Origin: Sphaeroforma arctica JP610 | Lineage: Eukaryota | Length of the DNA: 40,478 nt | Assembly (NCBI RefSeq): GCF_001186125.1 | Contig: NW_014040429.1 | Coordinates: forward strand, 1 to 40,478 | Reading direction: 5' to 3' | Shown: positions 1 to 13,100 of the stretch, one piece after another | Layout of the letters: the number at the start of each line of letters is the position of its first letter | How positions within the stretch are numbered: the stretch's first letter is position 1 | Program-made: the position numbers and the translations under genes | The notes under the pieces: model-generated | What the model was told of the DNA's origin: nothing | What the model saw: only the letters and a program-made list of their open reading frames with translations | Database searches by the model: none

Positions 1-117
1 ATACTTATTTATATGTAGGTATGTATATTTATAGAATACATAAATTTATAATTAGCAAGGTTTAGCTTCAAGAAGCACAGACGTGTCAACTCATCAACAA
101 ACACATAAAAAACATAC

Positions 118-589
118 GACACTGCCAAACTTCTGAAGTCGATCTCCTTATACCTCACATATGGTATGCTAAGAGCACTCAAACAATTCAAAAGACTCGA
201 AATGTTACTACTACGTGAATACTTCACCTGATAGTACATATTTTGGCTTCTATCTGCGCAAAATAAAATCGTATGGTAAGTTGCCTATCTAGAAATGCTA
301 TCGTACACAATAATATGCTTATATCAACGCAGGCAAATACATCATTTCTTGTTTCACAGCCATCACCCTGTTAGTTGTTGTCCTGTAACTTGTACACATT
401 GCGCGTATGTTTGCCACCTTGATACTCTTTACAAGACGGTCCCTCTTGTAAGTTATGACCAGCCACCGTCTCTCTGGCTGTACTTAAAACAACGCATATA
501 AATAGTTCTTTTGTCGCAACTACGTACCTGTCACTTACAAATCCTTCCGTGACTGATGACGCATTCGATGTGCATGACGCGCATGACAT
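118..589 (-). CDS. Possible 5' exons of an unidentified spliced gene running off the left edge
   Basis: Phase-compatible GT-AG model 589-539, 477-418, 227-118 gives MSCASCTSNASSVTEGF/PERRWLVITYKRDRLVKSIK/VKYSRSSNISSLLNCLSALSIPYVRYKEIDFRSLAV. No family recognised and one donor (GTGGCA) is weak. Confidence 0.2.
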
Positions 590-763
590 GCCGGAAAATT
601 ATTATTATGCACGCTACATGGATCAATCTGCTTATATATTGACATTTTTACGCACTCATAACGTGACATGCCGGAAAACAATTCTTATGCACGCTGACTT
701 TTACCCATCACTACATGGATCAATCTGCATATATATTGACATTTTTACACACTCATAACGTGA
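585..763. repeat. Imperfect tandem duplication (~80-100 bp x2)
   Basis: TGACATGCCGGAAAA...CTACATGGATCAATCTGC.TATATATTGACATTTTTAC.CACTCATAACG at 585 and 664; the second copy carries a short insertion. Confidence 0.85.
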
Positions 764-1028
764 AAATGCAAATACTTACAAGCGTCACAGTGGTATTAAC
801 ACATCAGGTGATCATAATCGACACAAATCCCCACAAACGTTTCACCTATACGGCCATACCTCAAGCCATCAGCAATGAACCAAACATGGTATTTAAATAT
901 ATATTTACGGACTCGGGAGTTGATAAAACCACACGCGTGAAAATAGGGGTTTGTTTTGGTTTTTATATATTTAAACTGAACACTGGCAATTCAGCCCTCA
1001 GCCTCAGGTCGCGGCAAGTCGGGTAAGA

Positions 1029-1094
1029 AGTGGCAAGTGGCAAGTGGCAAGTGGCACAGTGGCAAGTGGCACAGTGGCAAGTGGCACAGTGGCA
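1029..1094. repeat. AGTGGCA(C) 7-8 bp tandem array, 9 copies
   Basis: Read directly from the sequence. Confidence 0.95.
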
Positions 1095-1690
1095 AGTCAC
1101 AAGTTGCTTGTTTTTTAACAAAAGAACATATTAGAATATAAATAAATATAAATCAATTTTTGAAGAATATCCTGAGCAAAGTGCACATTTTTTTTTAATT
1201 TGAATACAAAATGCCGATGATAAATTAAAACAATGAACTGACCATTTGAAAAGGAAGGTTGCAAATAATTTATATCTGAACTCTACTCCAATTGTTAAAT
1301 GCCAGTGACATTGCTCTCTTTTTTTTAACAAATACAAAAAGTGTTCGGGAATTCACGTTGTGCATAGATGCAATACCATTTGACAACTCTCCATTGGTCA
1401 ATCGACTCGACATTATATGTGATATTTAATCATTGGTCATACGGTTCTTCAATTGCAAACACTGTTTACCACATGAATATATTGAAAAAAGCCATAGATG
1501 GTGTATCAACAAACTTGCCAATCAAATCATTCTGATCGGCAATCATATTTTCTCGATGCCCTCTATTTTATATATATTTCCTATGACAGAAAACAGAAAC
1601 TAATCATTCACTGATTGTTGGTCACAATGATCATAGCCTTCTGAGAATTGAACAATTAAATATATATATAATTAAATATATATATATATA

Positions 1691-2371
1691 NNNNNNNNNN
1701 NNNNNNNNNNNNNNNNNNNNNNNNNNNNNNNNNNNNNNNNNNNNNNNNNNNNNNNNNNNNNNNNNNNNNNNNNNNNNNNNNNNNNNNNNNNNNNNNNNNN
1801 NNNNNNNNNNNNNNNNNNNNNNNNNNNNNNNNNNNNNNNNNNNNNNNNNNNNNNNNNNNNNNNNNNNNNNNNNNNNNNNNNNNNNNNNNNNNNNNNNNNN
1901 NNNNNNNNNNNNNNNNNNNNNNNNNNNNNNNNNNNNNNNNNNNNNNNNNNNNNNNNNNNNNNNNNNNNNNNNNNNNNNNNNNNNNNNNNNNNNNNNNNNN
2001 NNNNNNNNNNNNNNNNNNNNNNNNNNNNNNNNNNNNNNNNNNNNNNNNNNNNNNNNNNNNNNNNNNNNNNNNNNNNNNNNNNNNNNNNNNNNNNNNNNNN
2101 NNNNNNNNNNNNNNNNNNNNNNNNNNNNNNNNNNNNNNNNNNNNNNNNNNNNNNNNNNNNNNNNNNNNNNNNNNNNNNNNNNNNNNNNNNNNNNNNNNNN
2201 NNNNNNNNNNNNNNNNNNNNNNNNNNNNNNNNNNNNNNNNNNNNNNNNNNNNNNNNNNNNNNNNNNNNNNNNNNNNNNNNNNNNNNNNNNNNNNNNNNNN
2301 NNNNNNNNNNNNNNNNNNNNNNNNNNNNNNNNNNNNNNNNNNNNNNNNNNNNNNNNNNNNNNNNNNNNNNN
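1691..2371. other. Assembly gap
   Basis: Run of N preceded by (AT)n. Confidence 1.
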
Positions 2372-3432
2372 NCAATATTTAAAATATAAAAATGTTTTTG
2401 TACTTTTAAAGAAAAAACTATATAGTAGATATCCGATACATATGTAGCGTGTTTGTTTATTTTTTGAAAAACAAAATACGAAAAACCAAATTGAAATAAT
2501 TATATTTCTAAAATGTAGTTTTATAAATATATAGAAAAAACATACATAGTGTGTGTTCGGACTATTTTTTTATGGGGGTACGAAATAGAAGCTGAGCGTA
2601 AACGCATATTTATTCAATTTTAAAACGTTATAACAGTTGTTCTTTTTAAGGGCTGGTTCGTAACGTGAAATTGGTCCACACTTTAGACCCGAAAGGTGCA
2701 CCTATAAGCATATAAAGGACCGCATGTGGAATAAAAGTAGAACGTAAGCGTATATTTATTTGATTTATAAAAGTTGTAACGGAAAACAGTTTGAGGTCAG
2801 CGGCGTTAGTCCGTCAACGTTGACAGTAAGGTGACGTGGTCTGTGTGGACCGTGGGTCAGCCTCGGAGCATAAATATTTGAAACGTATGTAACTGTATGT
2901 ATTTATTTGTTTTTAAAAAAGTGTAGGGCTGGGCCCGAGGGTGGCTGAGGCCCCGAGCCCGTACATAGGCCGTAGCCCGTAGGCCGTAGAAACTACTCAC
3001 GACACCAAGTCACCCAGTCATCAACAGCCAACTGCAGTACTGCACTGTCAGAATTGTTTTTTTTTGAATTTTTTATTCAATCATAGCCTCCTAAATTGAA
3101 CAATTCAACATTCTTCTGTTTCTAGAAAGTAAATACTTTTGAAATTATCATAGCCTTCTGAAGTCTGTGTCTATTTTTTAGAAGGCTATGGGCCTGGGGC
3201 TACATTATCGACATATTTATGCAAATATTTTTAAAAACAAACCAATATTGAAAAAAAAACCCCCCAATAAAAAAATCTAAGCGACAAAATCAAATCGTCC
3301 AAATGTTTTAAATGTGGAATCACCGAATCATGCAAATAAATAAATGAAAATCTAGAGAATGGTCAAGACTCGAAATCTACGAAAACCTGTACGTGGATGT
3401 ATCACTCTTTCTTCCCAAAATCTCAAACTATG

Positions 3433-3440
3433 TATAAAAG
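3433..3440 (+). promoter_or_regulatory. Candidate TATA box of the repeat-protein gene
   Basis: TATAAAAG ~80 nt upstream of the ATG at 3514, followed by an A-rich leader. Confidence 0.45.
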
Positions 3441-3513
3441 GTGAAGTACAATTCAATAACCGAGCATTTTAAAGGGAGAAAGAAAAGTAGAATTTATAAC
3501 CACACAAAGAAAA

Positions 3514-6187
3514 ATGTTAGACGCCCATTCTAATAACGATGTCATTCATACTACCTCGGATGTCGGGATTAACCAAGATGGAACCTATACATCCACACTG
3601 GTGAGTGCAGTGGCTGGTGCCATCAGTGTACCTCTAACTGCATACAGTATTGCACATAGTGTAGTGTACGGCGACGAGGACGATAAATATGTCACAATCA
3701 CTGACACACAAACGACGACTAAAGTAGACAAAGACTCTACGTCTAACGTTGACGTGACAGCCCGTAAGGTCAAGACAGAGTGTGACATAGCTCTCAGTTC
3801 GTCTAGCCACGAAAGTCTTGAAGATGTAGTACAAGGCACAGCTGCAACAATGCAAAACACCGGAGTTATGGTCCCAACGGGAGCCAATCAACAGACAGAT
3901 ACAGAAACGCGAGTACATTACTCGGTGAAATGTGCGACTAGTGGAGAATCGAGTGTGTCAGATATTGCCCAAAATGTCGAGAAGAACGATAAGGCTGATC
4001 TTGATACAGCTCCTGACCGCGAAATCGCAGATCCTATTGCAGTACAAGGTGTTGCCCCACACCTAGAGTTTACTGAAGGACAACTACATGATATTGCAAA
4101 CGGAAGGCCCATGCGCGCGAAGAGCTCTGATCAGGACGTTGATCGTGACGAAGGGCGCACGAGTGTGAACCCCGGGAAGAGCGAGTTACAGAATATTGCG
4201 GGGGAAGTGTCGACAAATCCAGGAGAGGGAGCGTTGGAAGTAATTGCGGATGATATGGCGGCGCAGACTAGAGCTTCGGCTGAGAATGTCAATTCGGGTG
4301 AAGGTGAGCTAAAATTAATTGCGGAAGAGATGGCAACACAGGATAATACCGCGGCAACGAATGTGAACCCAGGAGAGGGTGAGTTGAAAATAGTTGCAGG
4401 AGATATGGCGGCACAGACTAGAGCTTCGGCCGAGAATGTAAACCCAGGAGAGAGTGAACTAAAAAGTGTTGCGGAAGAGATGGCGGCACAGACTAGAACT
4501 TCGGCCGAGAATGTAAACCCAGGAGAAGGTGAACTGAAATGTGTTGCGGAAGATATGGTGGCACATACTAGAGCTTCGGCCGAGAATGTAAATCCAGGAG
4601 AAGGTGAAGCTGGAAATAATTGCGGAAGATATGGCGGCACAGGCTAGAGCTTCGGCTGAGAATGTGAATCCAGGAGAAGGTGAGCTGGAAATAATTGCGG
4701 AAGATATGGCGGCACAGGCTAGAGCTTTGGCTGAGAATGTGAATACAGGAGAGGGTGAACTGAATATAATTGCGGACGAGATGGCGGCACAGGCTAGAGA
4801 TTCAGATGATAATGTCAACCCAGGCGAGGGTGAGCTTCGAATGGTCTCAGAAGAGGCGGCAGACCGGGCTCAAGCTACGGCTGAGAATGTGAACCCAGGA
4901 GAGGGCGAGCTTCAGAGGATCGCTGAAGACGCAGCGGAGCGGACATGCATTGCAGCCGAGCAAGTGAATGTAAGTGAGGGCGAGCTACTCGATGTTGCAC
5001 AAGACGCTGCCGAGCGAGCACGTGCTCAAGCAGAGGCGGTATTTGTAGAGGAGGGTGAATTGAATATGGATAATGCTGCAAACGCCTCCGAACCCCTGAC
5101 CGCGAGCTCAGAAGACGATGAACAGAACCGAATTGCTGAGCTTCAAGCTGAGAAAGCAAGTCTAGAGGCACAAATGGCCAATGAGGGCGACGGTATGGTC
5201 CGAAGTATTGTTAACTACGCCTTGCAAGCAACGAATCTCCAGACTGCAGACGATACCGAAGGAGAGGAAAACTTGGAGAGGATTGCTGAGGTGGACGCAG
5301 AGATAAAAAAGGCTGAGCAAGAGAATGCACGCGAGAGATTTTTACGCGATCTAGCTGAAGTGCAGGCAAACGAAGCCACTGTGGGTGAGGAAGAGCTGGA
5401 GAGTACCGCTGGGAGTGTGACAGTCAATCAGGATGAGAAAAAACTTTTCAAACAAGATTCACTGTCTGATGACCAGAAGGAGATCACGGATATCGCTGAG
5501 AACGCTGCATCCCGCGTAGCGGAAGCAGTAGACAACGAGACCAAACCACCAGGTTTTGTAGTCGTCCCGGCAGAGGCGATGAAAGTGGATTTAAATGAGA
5601 TAGATTGCAAAATTGGTAATCCGAAAGCTAAGAAGGAAGGTAATTTAGCGAAGGCACACAAGCTCATCGATAGAATTTTCCGAGATTCTAGTGAGGCTAA
5701 AATGTGTCTTGATAACAGTATCGCCGGCGCTGAAATGATGACAAGTTTGAATCCTTCTCGCAATGGTAGCGAATCAAATGCGGATAGAGAGACTGTACAG
5801 GTATATGACAAAGCGATTGTGCACTCGAACTCAGAGAACACATTGGAGAGTTTGGGCGATGATAACAACAATCTGGCGAATGATCCTCTGTCGAACAACA
5901 ACACAGTAGCGATTGAGCCTGTTGAATGTCAAACGCCTGAGATAACTATAAATATCTCTGCCCCGCCCTCATCACTCCGTGAGGCATCGAATCCAGCCGC
6001 GCCTACGGAGGACTCAGCAGAGATGAACAAATCGTTCGAATCTTCGAGTTCTGAGAACGTTGTTGGCAAAGTATCAAGTGAGCAGCCCGCAACGGAGAAA
6101 ATTGTCATCCAGAAGCAAACCTCTCTGCGGGTGATTGGTGATTTGACTGGTGCTACGGAGTTAGATATGGCGACGCCAGCGTGTTAA
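3514..6187 (+). CDS. Acidic hypothetical protein with ~12 tandem 25-aa repeats (NPGEGELxxIAEDMAAQxRASAENV); 1-nt frameshift near 4608
   Basis: ORFs 3514-4647 and 4604-6187 carry the same repeat in different frames. Removing one base at GGTGAAGCTG (4603-4612) gives one intronless ~890-aa frame. Confidence 0.8.
4216..5065 (+). repeat. Coding 75-bp tandem repeat
   Basis: AAYCCAGGAGARGGTGARCT-like unit recurs every 75 nt (4216, 4291, 4366, 4441, 4516, 4591, then 4667, 4742, 4817, 4892 ...), degenerating at both ends. Confidence 0.95.
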
Positions 6188-7169
6188 ACATCACGTAGCA
6201 GGTATCAAAACTGATTTTTAGAAGTATTAGTGAAAAATCAGTTGTTTTGTATATATATATAATAAACATATCTGATAAAACATACATTTGCTGCATGCAT
6301 AACTCTGGCATATTATTCTACCCTTGGTTATTGTTCATAATGAACATGCAATTTCAAATCAGCACTCGTTCATGTTTAGGACAGTCTTCATTTAAATCGA
6401 AACCTGCGAACTTGCGAACTTGCGGTGTGAACGTCTTTTGCCCACACTTCATCTCTATACTTCATCACACTGCTCACACTTCACACAAAACAGTACTTTC
6501 ATCGCCACGGCCTGTGACGGACTGATTTGACAAATAATCAATGACGCACACATGACAAGACACGGTTTTAATAAAAATAAAACCAAATGAACCGCTAACA
6601 CAATAATCAGATCCTTCGCCTCTTGTAGTACAAAGTATGAGTGTTATGAACGATAAGCACATGGCAATACCCGTTTCCGCCGAATGCTACGAAAGAGCTG
6701 CACAAACACTATTCTGGCTAGCATGTACAGTTTATGCATCAGAGGGGCATATCCACGCTTGGACTAGGTCATTCTTCGCTTATCAAGTGCTGCAACTAGT
6801 TTGTTGATTGTCCAGGATTATTATATATTAAAGCATAGAGCATTTGATAGCCAAATATACCGGCCAATAGATGAGTTAGACATCAGCATTGTTTAAGACA
6901 TGCGTCTCGAATATGCAGAGACGTCACTGTTCATTGGATATATGCAATAAAATTACAATCGGTTCAAGCCTACACGAGACAAATGTAGCAAAGCAACTAC
7001 CTGTAACTAATCTTGGTGTGCAGCATGCATATAAGTGCCACAGTCTAAATTATTTGTGCTCCGCCACGCGTAATCCTCGGAATTGAATATACAAACAAGT
7101 TGGTGTAGCTTGGACTTGGATTGGTTGTATCCAACTTGCTATTATTTATATTGAAACGCATTTTAATAT

Positions 7170-10100
7170 CTACATCATGTTAGGGTTCTCTACGTCATCG
7201 TCCGGGTCTTGGTCTGCTGCATTCTTTGGCATTCTTGGGCCTCCAGCCTGTTTCGCCATAATAATTTGATCAATTGATAGCACCGTTGTCGCGGCGTTTG
7301 TAGCCAGCTTGATAGCCCACGACTGTTCCAGGAGAAAAAAGAAAAAAAAGAAAAAAGGGGGGTCATTCGCATGAAGAGTTCGTTGGTAGTTGTATTCGCA
7401 AATGAACCTGATACGCATAGCATTGATAATCTTATGTGACATAGTGCGAGATCGTACAAAACGCCAGTCTTATCCAATAAATGACGAAATCGAGCAGATG
7501 TAACAAGCCCACTTTCGTACCATAACAATCATACACACATAAGGCACTAAAACACATCGGCGAGCTAAAATACATTTGGAGTTCTTACCTTGACCTTTAG
7601 GTGATCTAGAATGAACGCGTCTTTAGCATCAATCAAGTCACCCTTAATCAGACCCTCAATGTCGAATCCCATATTTTGTCCACCGGCTTTATGTGAGGCG
7701 TACAACTTCGACACCAGCTCTGTTGACTGCGCAGCGTGGAATGGAAAGGACATAGCATGCGTTGGTGTGAACAAACATTACATACGTGCATGGTTGTACA
7801 GAGGTATATCTAAAAAATTAAACAGCACACAAATAGTGTATATTGCGTTCACAAGTTCGACACCAGCGTTCTTATCCAAACGAGGATACCCGGCTGCCTA
7901 TTTACCAAGTCATTTGAAGGTCCCATGGGACAAAAGTACTATCGTAACACTGAACAGAAAGATGCCTCGGCCGCAAAGCATCCCGGAATTTGCAGAATAT
8001 GATAGTAAAGCATTCGGAGATTTGCAGAATACGCTAGCAAAACATTCAGATGTGTGCAGAATATGCTATTAAATCATTCGGATATGTGCAGAATATGCTA
8101 GTAAAGAATTTGGATATGTACAGAATATGCTAGGAAAGCATTCGGATATGTGCAGCACTTGAGCGAACAACGACGTACGTCAGCTCCCGCGTTTGTGGCC
8201 AAAGTTCTAGGGATAGCTTCGAATGCACTGGCATAGTTCTTAATTGCGTATTGGTCTAATCCAGGGCAGGTCTCTCCGAACATCATAATTCTGTGAGAAG
8301 GCAACAGACGTGAAGGTAAATTAATTTTACAAATGTATATTTGAGATTCTGAGTTGGACAAAGTCTATGGATGAGACGAGGTGAGAAGTTTAAATATCAA
8401 GAATTGAATACATGACACAGACGAATTGAAGCACGTATCTACATAGGCGTGTGGAAGCTTTGAAGTTAATACTAGCGAGATACAGATGCAATCGCCAAAC
8501 AAAACACGTACTCGCCTACAAGAACAGATATCAAGCAATGATATGAATTTACATAGATACAGTGAAAGACAAGTATATATATGTATATATGTAAATATAT
8601 ATATATCATGCATATACGTCTACAATTGTATATACATATACATAGATGCATACATACCTACATCCATACATATATATGTATATATAATACATCCATATTT
8701 ATCAAAAACTATATCTGTATATATTATATATATAATGTATATGTATATGCACATGTATAATATATTTATTGTATTGGTAAATACGTAGCTCCCATTATAA
8801 TCGCTGTATCCAAGCAACTTTATGAACAAATTGGATATTGCCTCCAGGTTCAATATTACTCGGCGCACCAACAAGTACCACAACAGATACTAGAGCGGAC
8901 ATTCCGTAGGCTACACGAGCACAATGAGTCTCCGCGACTAAAACGCTTTACAAATATCATAACGGTCTATGTTTGCGGTTCGCACGTGAAGTGAGGATAC
9001 TTAAGCAGAAAGCGCTAAAAAAGGTTTGATTGGCGAACTACTGCTCACTGCATGAAAGTGTTTTAGTAAATATACAATACCGACATTCCCGAGGTATTCT
9101 GTGTTGAAAAATAATCATTCTCCATCAGCTGGTTACTAACACATATAAATAGATGATATAATAACATCATAATGGGTTACTAACACATAGATAAAAAATA
9201 TAATAACATCATAATAAACCTTTTCACCACAAAGGCTTCATCATCAGTACCACAGTAATACACACCTTCTCGCCAGTTCGATTTCTGTGGCTCCTGCTCC
9301 CGCAACAAACCGTCCGTCCCGTGTAATCTGCTTGAAAACATTCACCGCATCATCAACGGCTCTGAGTAGAAGAAAATTTATTAGATTCTATTTTCACTAA
9401 TTTCTATACGAATATGAATGCTTATACCTATTATATATATATATTATATATAAGAGGGTAAGGTCCAAGATGCAACAAATCATACATAGTAAGGCGAGTT
9501 GAGATCAGCCTTACAATAATATTCACATCGCCCTACACACATTCTGAAAAGTACATTTAAAAGGCTCGTATGCTATCAGGAAGATAGTTTGGGACACAAT
9601 TTTTCAAATAGTCACCCCACATAAGAGCAGCACAAGCACTCCACGTCAAGTACATAAAACACTTGTATTTTCTATCCACACAGCAGAACCGATGTAGCTA
9701 CGTACAATACATATACCGTCAGATGCTTCAAACGGTACCCACCTCTCTACATCGTCCAGAATGTTAGTCGTTGCACCTCGGATTATAATCGTAGCCAACT
9801 GCGTCGCGCTCTCGTCCTGCACAAACACTGTGGTCAACTGATCTCCAAACTCCTTAGTCTTCACCGAATCACAGTACCCGAACTCCTCCGGTGTAGGGGC
9901 ACCCAGGCGAGCGAGTGCTGTGGCACCGATCACCTTGCACATACGTCTGAGGTCAAACTTGGACTGTACGCGAACGGTCATGATGTTGTACTTCTCCAGG
10001 TAGTGCACGGCCAAATCGCTCACAGAGGATCCAGCTACCACTACGTTTGTGCCGGCCTCGGCAATCTCTTTGATACACTGCGGCAAGAAAGCCGACGATG

Positions 10101-13100
10101 GAGAATGAGTATAAGAGTGTCCGCGCCCGCTATCAATACAAAGAAAATACAAACACACATACATGCATACACCTAGCCTCAAATACGTGAGAATCTTAAA
10201 TTACCTGTATAAATGTTAATGTATGTACACGGAGGTTGTGAAAGCGAAATTCATCTCATTAATACATCATTTTCCAAATACATAGTTATAGATATATATG
10301 TATATATATGTTGAAGATACTCAATACATATACAAGGACTCGCAAATATCTCGAGGTCCATTAAGGCGACGTAACAAAGGAACAGTGTGAAACTAGGCAT
10401 ATAAGATGCTACTGTGTAAGTGTGCATGTATTCACTACGCAAAAGAAGAAACACCGTAGACCTTTATAGATTTTGTAAGAACTGCTCGAAAGAGCTATTT
10501 CAAACTGAGAGACAATTGAAATTTTCATATTCGTATGTCAAGACAAGAAATGAACTTAGTGGTCTAAATCATCACGGTTCAGCCATGCAGTGTTCTATAG
10601 CATAGCTCAGAACGAATTCAGCTATACCAAAAACATTGTGCTAGACTGTAATACAATGCAATATATACAATGACCGAGCGCAGTACAAAACGATACATAT
10701 ACAACATTATTAATACGGCAAAGCCCTGCCAATTCACCATTGATGTAATCAGCATACCTGGTCCAATCGAGACTCTTCCTCGCCAGAGAACTTCAGCAGA
10801 TCATCGGCGTTCTTTAGCAGTACGGTACCTTTGGTCTCGGTCTTACCAGCATCCATGGGACATGCGAACACCGCCACCTTAGCCTTGCTCACACTTGTAA
10901 TGTTGCCCTCGGGCGACCTTCGCACAACCATGCCCTTTACCATGGTGGTTTCGTGCACAGACGCACCGGGAATCTTTACTACCCGGATGTTGTCGACATT
11001 GAAGTTCTTCGGGTTCTGCATGGAAACATATGTGGTAAATGCTCAGCAAGGTACAACCGTATTTAGAAAACATCCATATGCATGAATATATATATATATA
11101 TATACTCGTTTGGTTTTTCGTCAATTAAACTAGACAGAAGTCTCTTCTAAGCGGATAGATCAAATATCATCTCACATAGTTTCCCGAATATAATAAGAGA
11201 AATCGGGATCATGATCCGTGAATATAGACAAGGCCGTTCACTCCGGCAAAATGAACCCACCTACCTACAGATTTTTTACTGCGAGTTCCACAACGAACAA
11301 CTCATGCAAGTGCGCACTACAGATATTGTCACGCCCGTGCAAAGAAACTCGACTACATTTATTTCAACTTTTGAATGCTGCATGTACACCAAGTGTGATT
11401 TAACTGGGAGTGTTTATTGAGCGGAATGTTTATTAAGGGGTGTGTTTATTAGGCAGAAATATGCGGTACATACACGGACGACGAACAAAACTACTGTTTC
11501 TCGATTAGGGACTACAACACTCGCTCTAATCTGCTACGAGCTCATGCTATTATATATATATAATGCCCTACACACAAGCGTAGCGCGAGGGATAGCGTGC
11601 ACTCCCGGCGACAGGATCGCAATACACCATTTGTGCTAAATGCATCAATGCGCAAAGTAACATGTGTATGGCCATTGAGTTTCTCATTGAATTGCAATAC
11701 CTTTGGGAGGATCTCGACACAGGCATCGGCGACGACCTTTGCCAGCATATCTTCGTAGCCGTACTGTTTTGACGCCAGAACGGTGCGGAGGGCTTTGACC
11801 ACCTCCTCTGTGTCACGGCAATCCTTCATCTTGTAGGCTACCAGGTTCTCTTCTGCAAGCGAACGGTACCACACAACGACGACGTACGAGTTCAGCACAG
11901 AGTATTCGTATATTTTAATTCCTTTGTGAGTATGCGCACACTGGATACCTAGATACAGATCGGGGTACGCTTCGTCTTGTTATATAAACTGTTGCGGATT
12001 TCTCGACCCCAATAAGTGCTAATAGAATAGCGCGGAGACTATTCGAGCACAGCTATCTATTTGAATATACCATAGACATGCGGCAATTAATTGTCAAATG
12101 TTTAACAATTTGTACACTAAGTGATCTTGCTCCGTTTATGCACTGCAAAGACACTGAAGTAAAGCACACGTGCAAAATAGACGGGGCAACAAAAATGTAC
12201 AAACTTCTAGAAGAGCCCTATTTATATCGGACAGGCGATACGCACACACAAATCAGGCAGTATATACTCCAGGTGACTTTCTGGCAGTGAGTGGTCTATA
12301 GCTCACAGACAAGCCAAACCCCAACATTGACATGATTCAGCATCGCCGCACACAGCGAAGATCGCACATGCGAATGTAAATGTAGACGTGAACACAGACA
12401 CATACAACACCCTTTGGCACATGTGCACAGTGCATATTGAATATTCATACCTAGTTCGGAAAGAGCCTTGACGCAAGCCTTATCGTAACCGGAGATGATT
12501 TCTGAGGGGTGGAGACCCATCTTTAATAACTCGGTAGCTTGGTCCAATAGTTCGCCCGCGAATGTGAGTACCAAGTTGGTTCCATCCCCCAGCTCTGTGA
12601 TGTAGAGGATTGAGCAGTAACGTGTAAGTACAGTACCAAACTATGCAGAACACTCTTGACTCAGCACTAGTGACACCAACCAGTTGGCCCTTCTCATCTA
12701 TTCTGAATGACAATCGTATATATATATATATATAGCAATTCCGGTTTGTTTGTATTTATTTGCAGCACTATATATTGTAGTCGCGGCTTGCAGTGATGCG
12801 TGCGCGAGCCTTGTGATACATGCACAGCACAGACAGAGAAGCCAGAAGTATACGCCAACCTTGGACGTGTAATGTAAATAATATGACAAGAATCGGTAGA
12901 TATGAAAACAGAGACAAGTTTGTATGCATAGGGAATATATATATATACATATCATATTTGGTCGAATAGAAACGAACCAAGCAATGCTACTATTAACAAA
13001 TATATACCAAATTAACCGATCAGAAAACCTGTTTGGCAGTGCAACAACCTATATATATATATCATGTCACCCAGAATATTATAAATACTAGGCTGAAAGC

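Noticed and set aside
1656..2375. Long ORF-track entries across N runs (also 31172-32195)
   Set aside because: Gap artefacts.
8365..8883. I/Y/C/M-rich short ORFs here and at 14006-14517
   Set aside because: Translations of (AT)n/(AC)n intronic low-complexity DNA.
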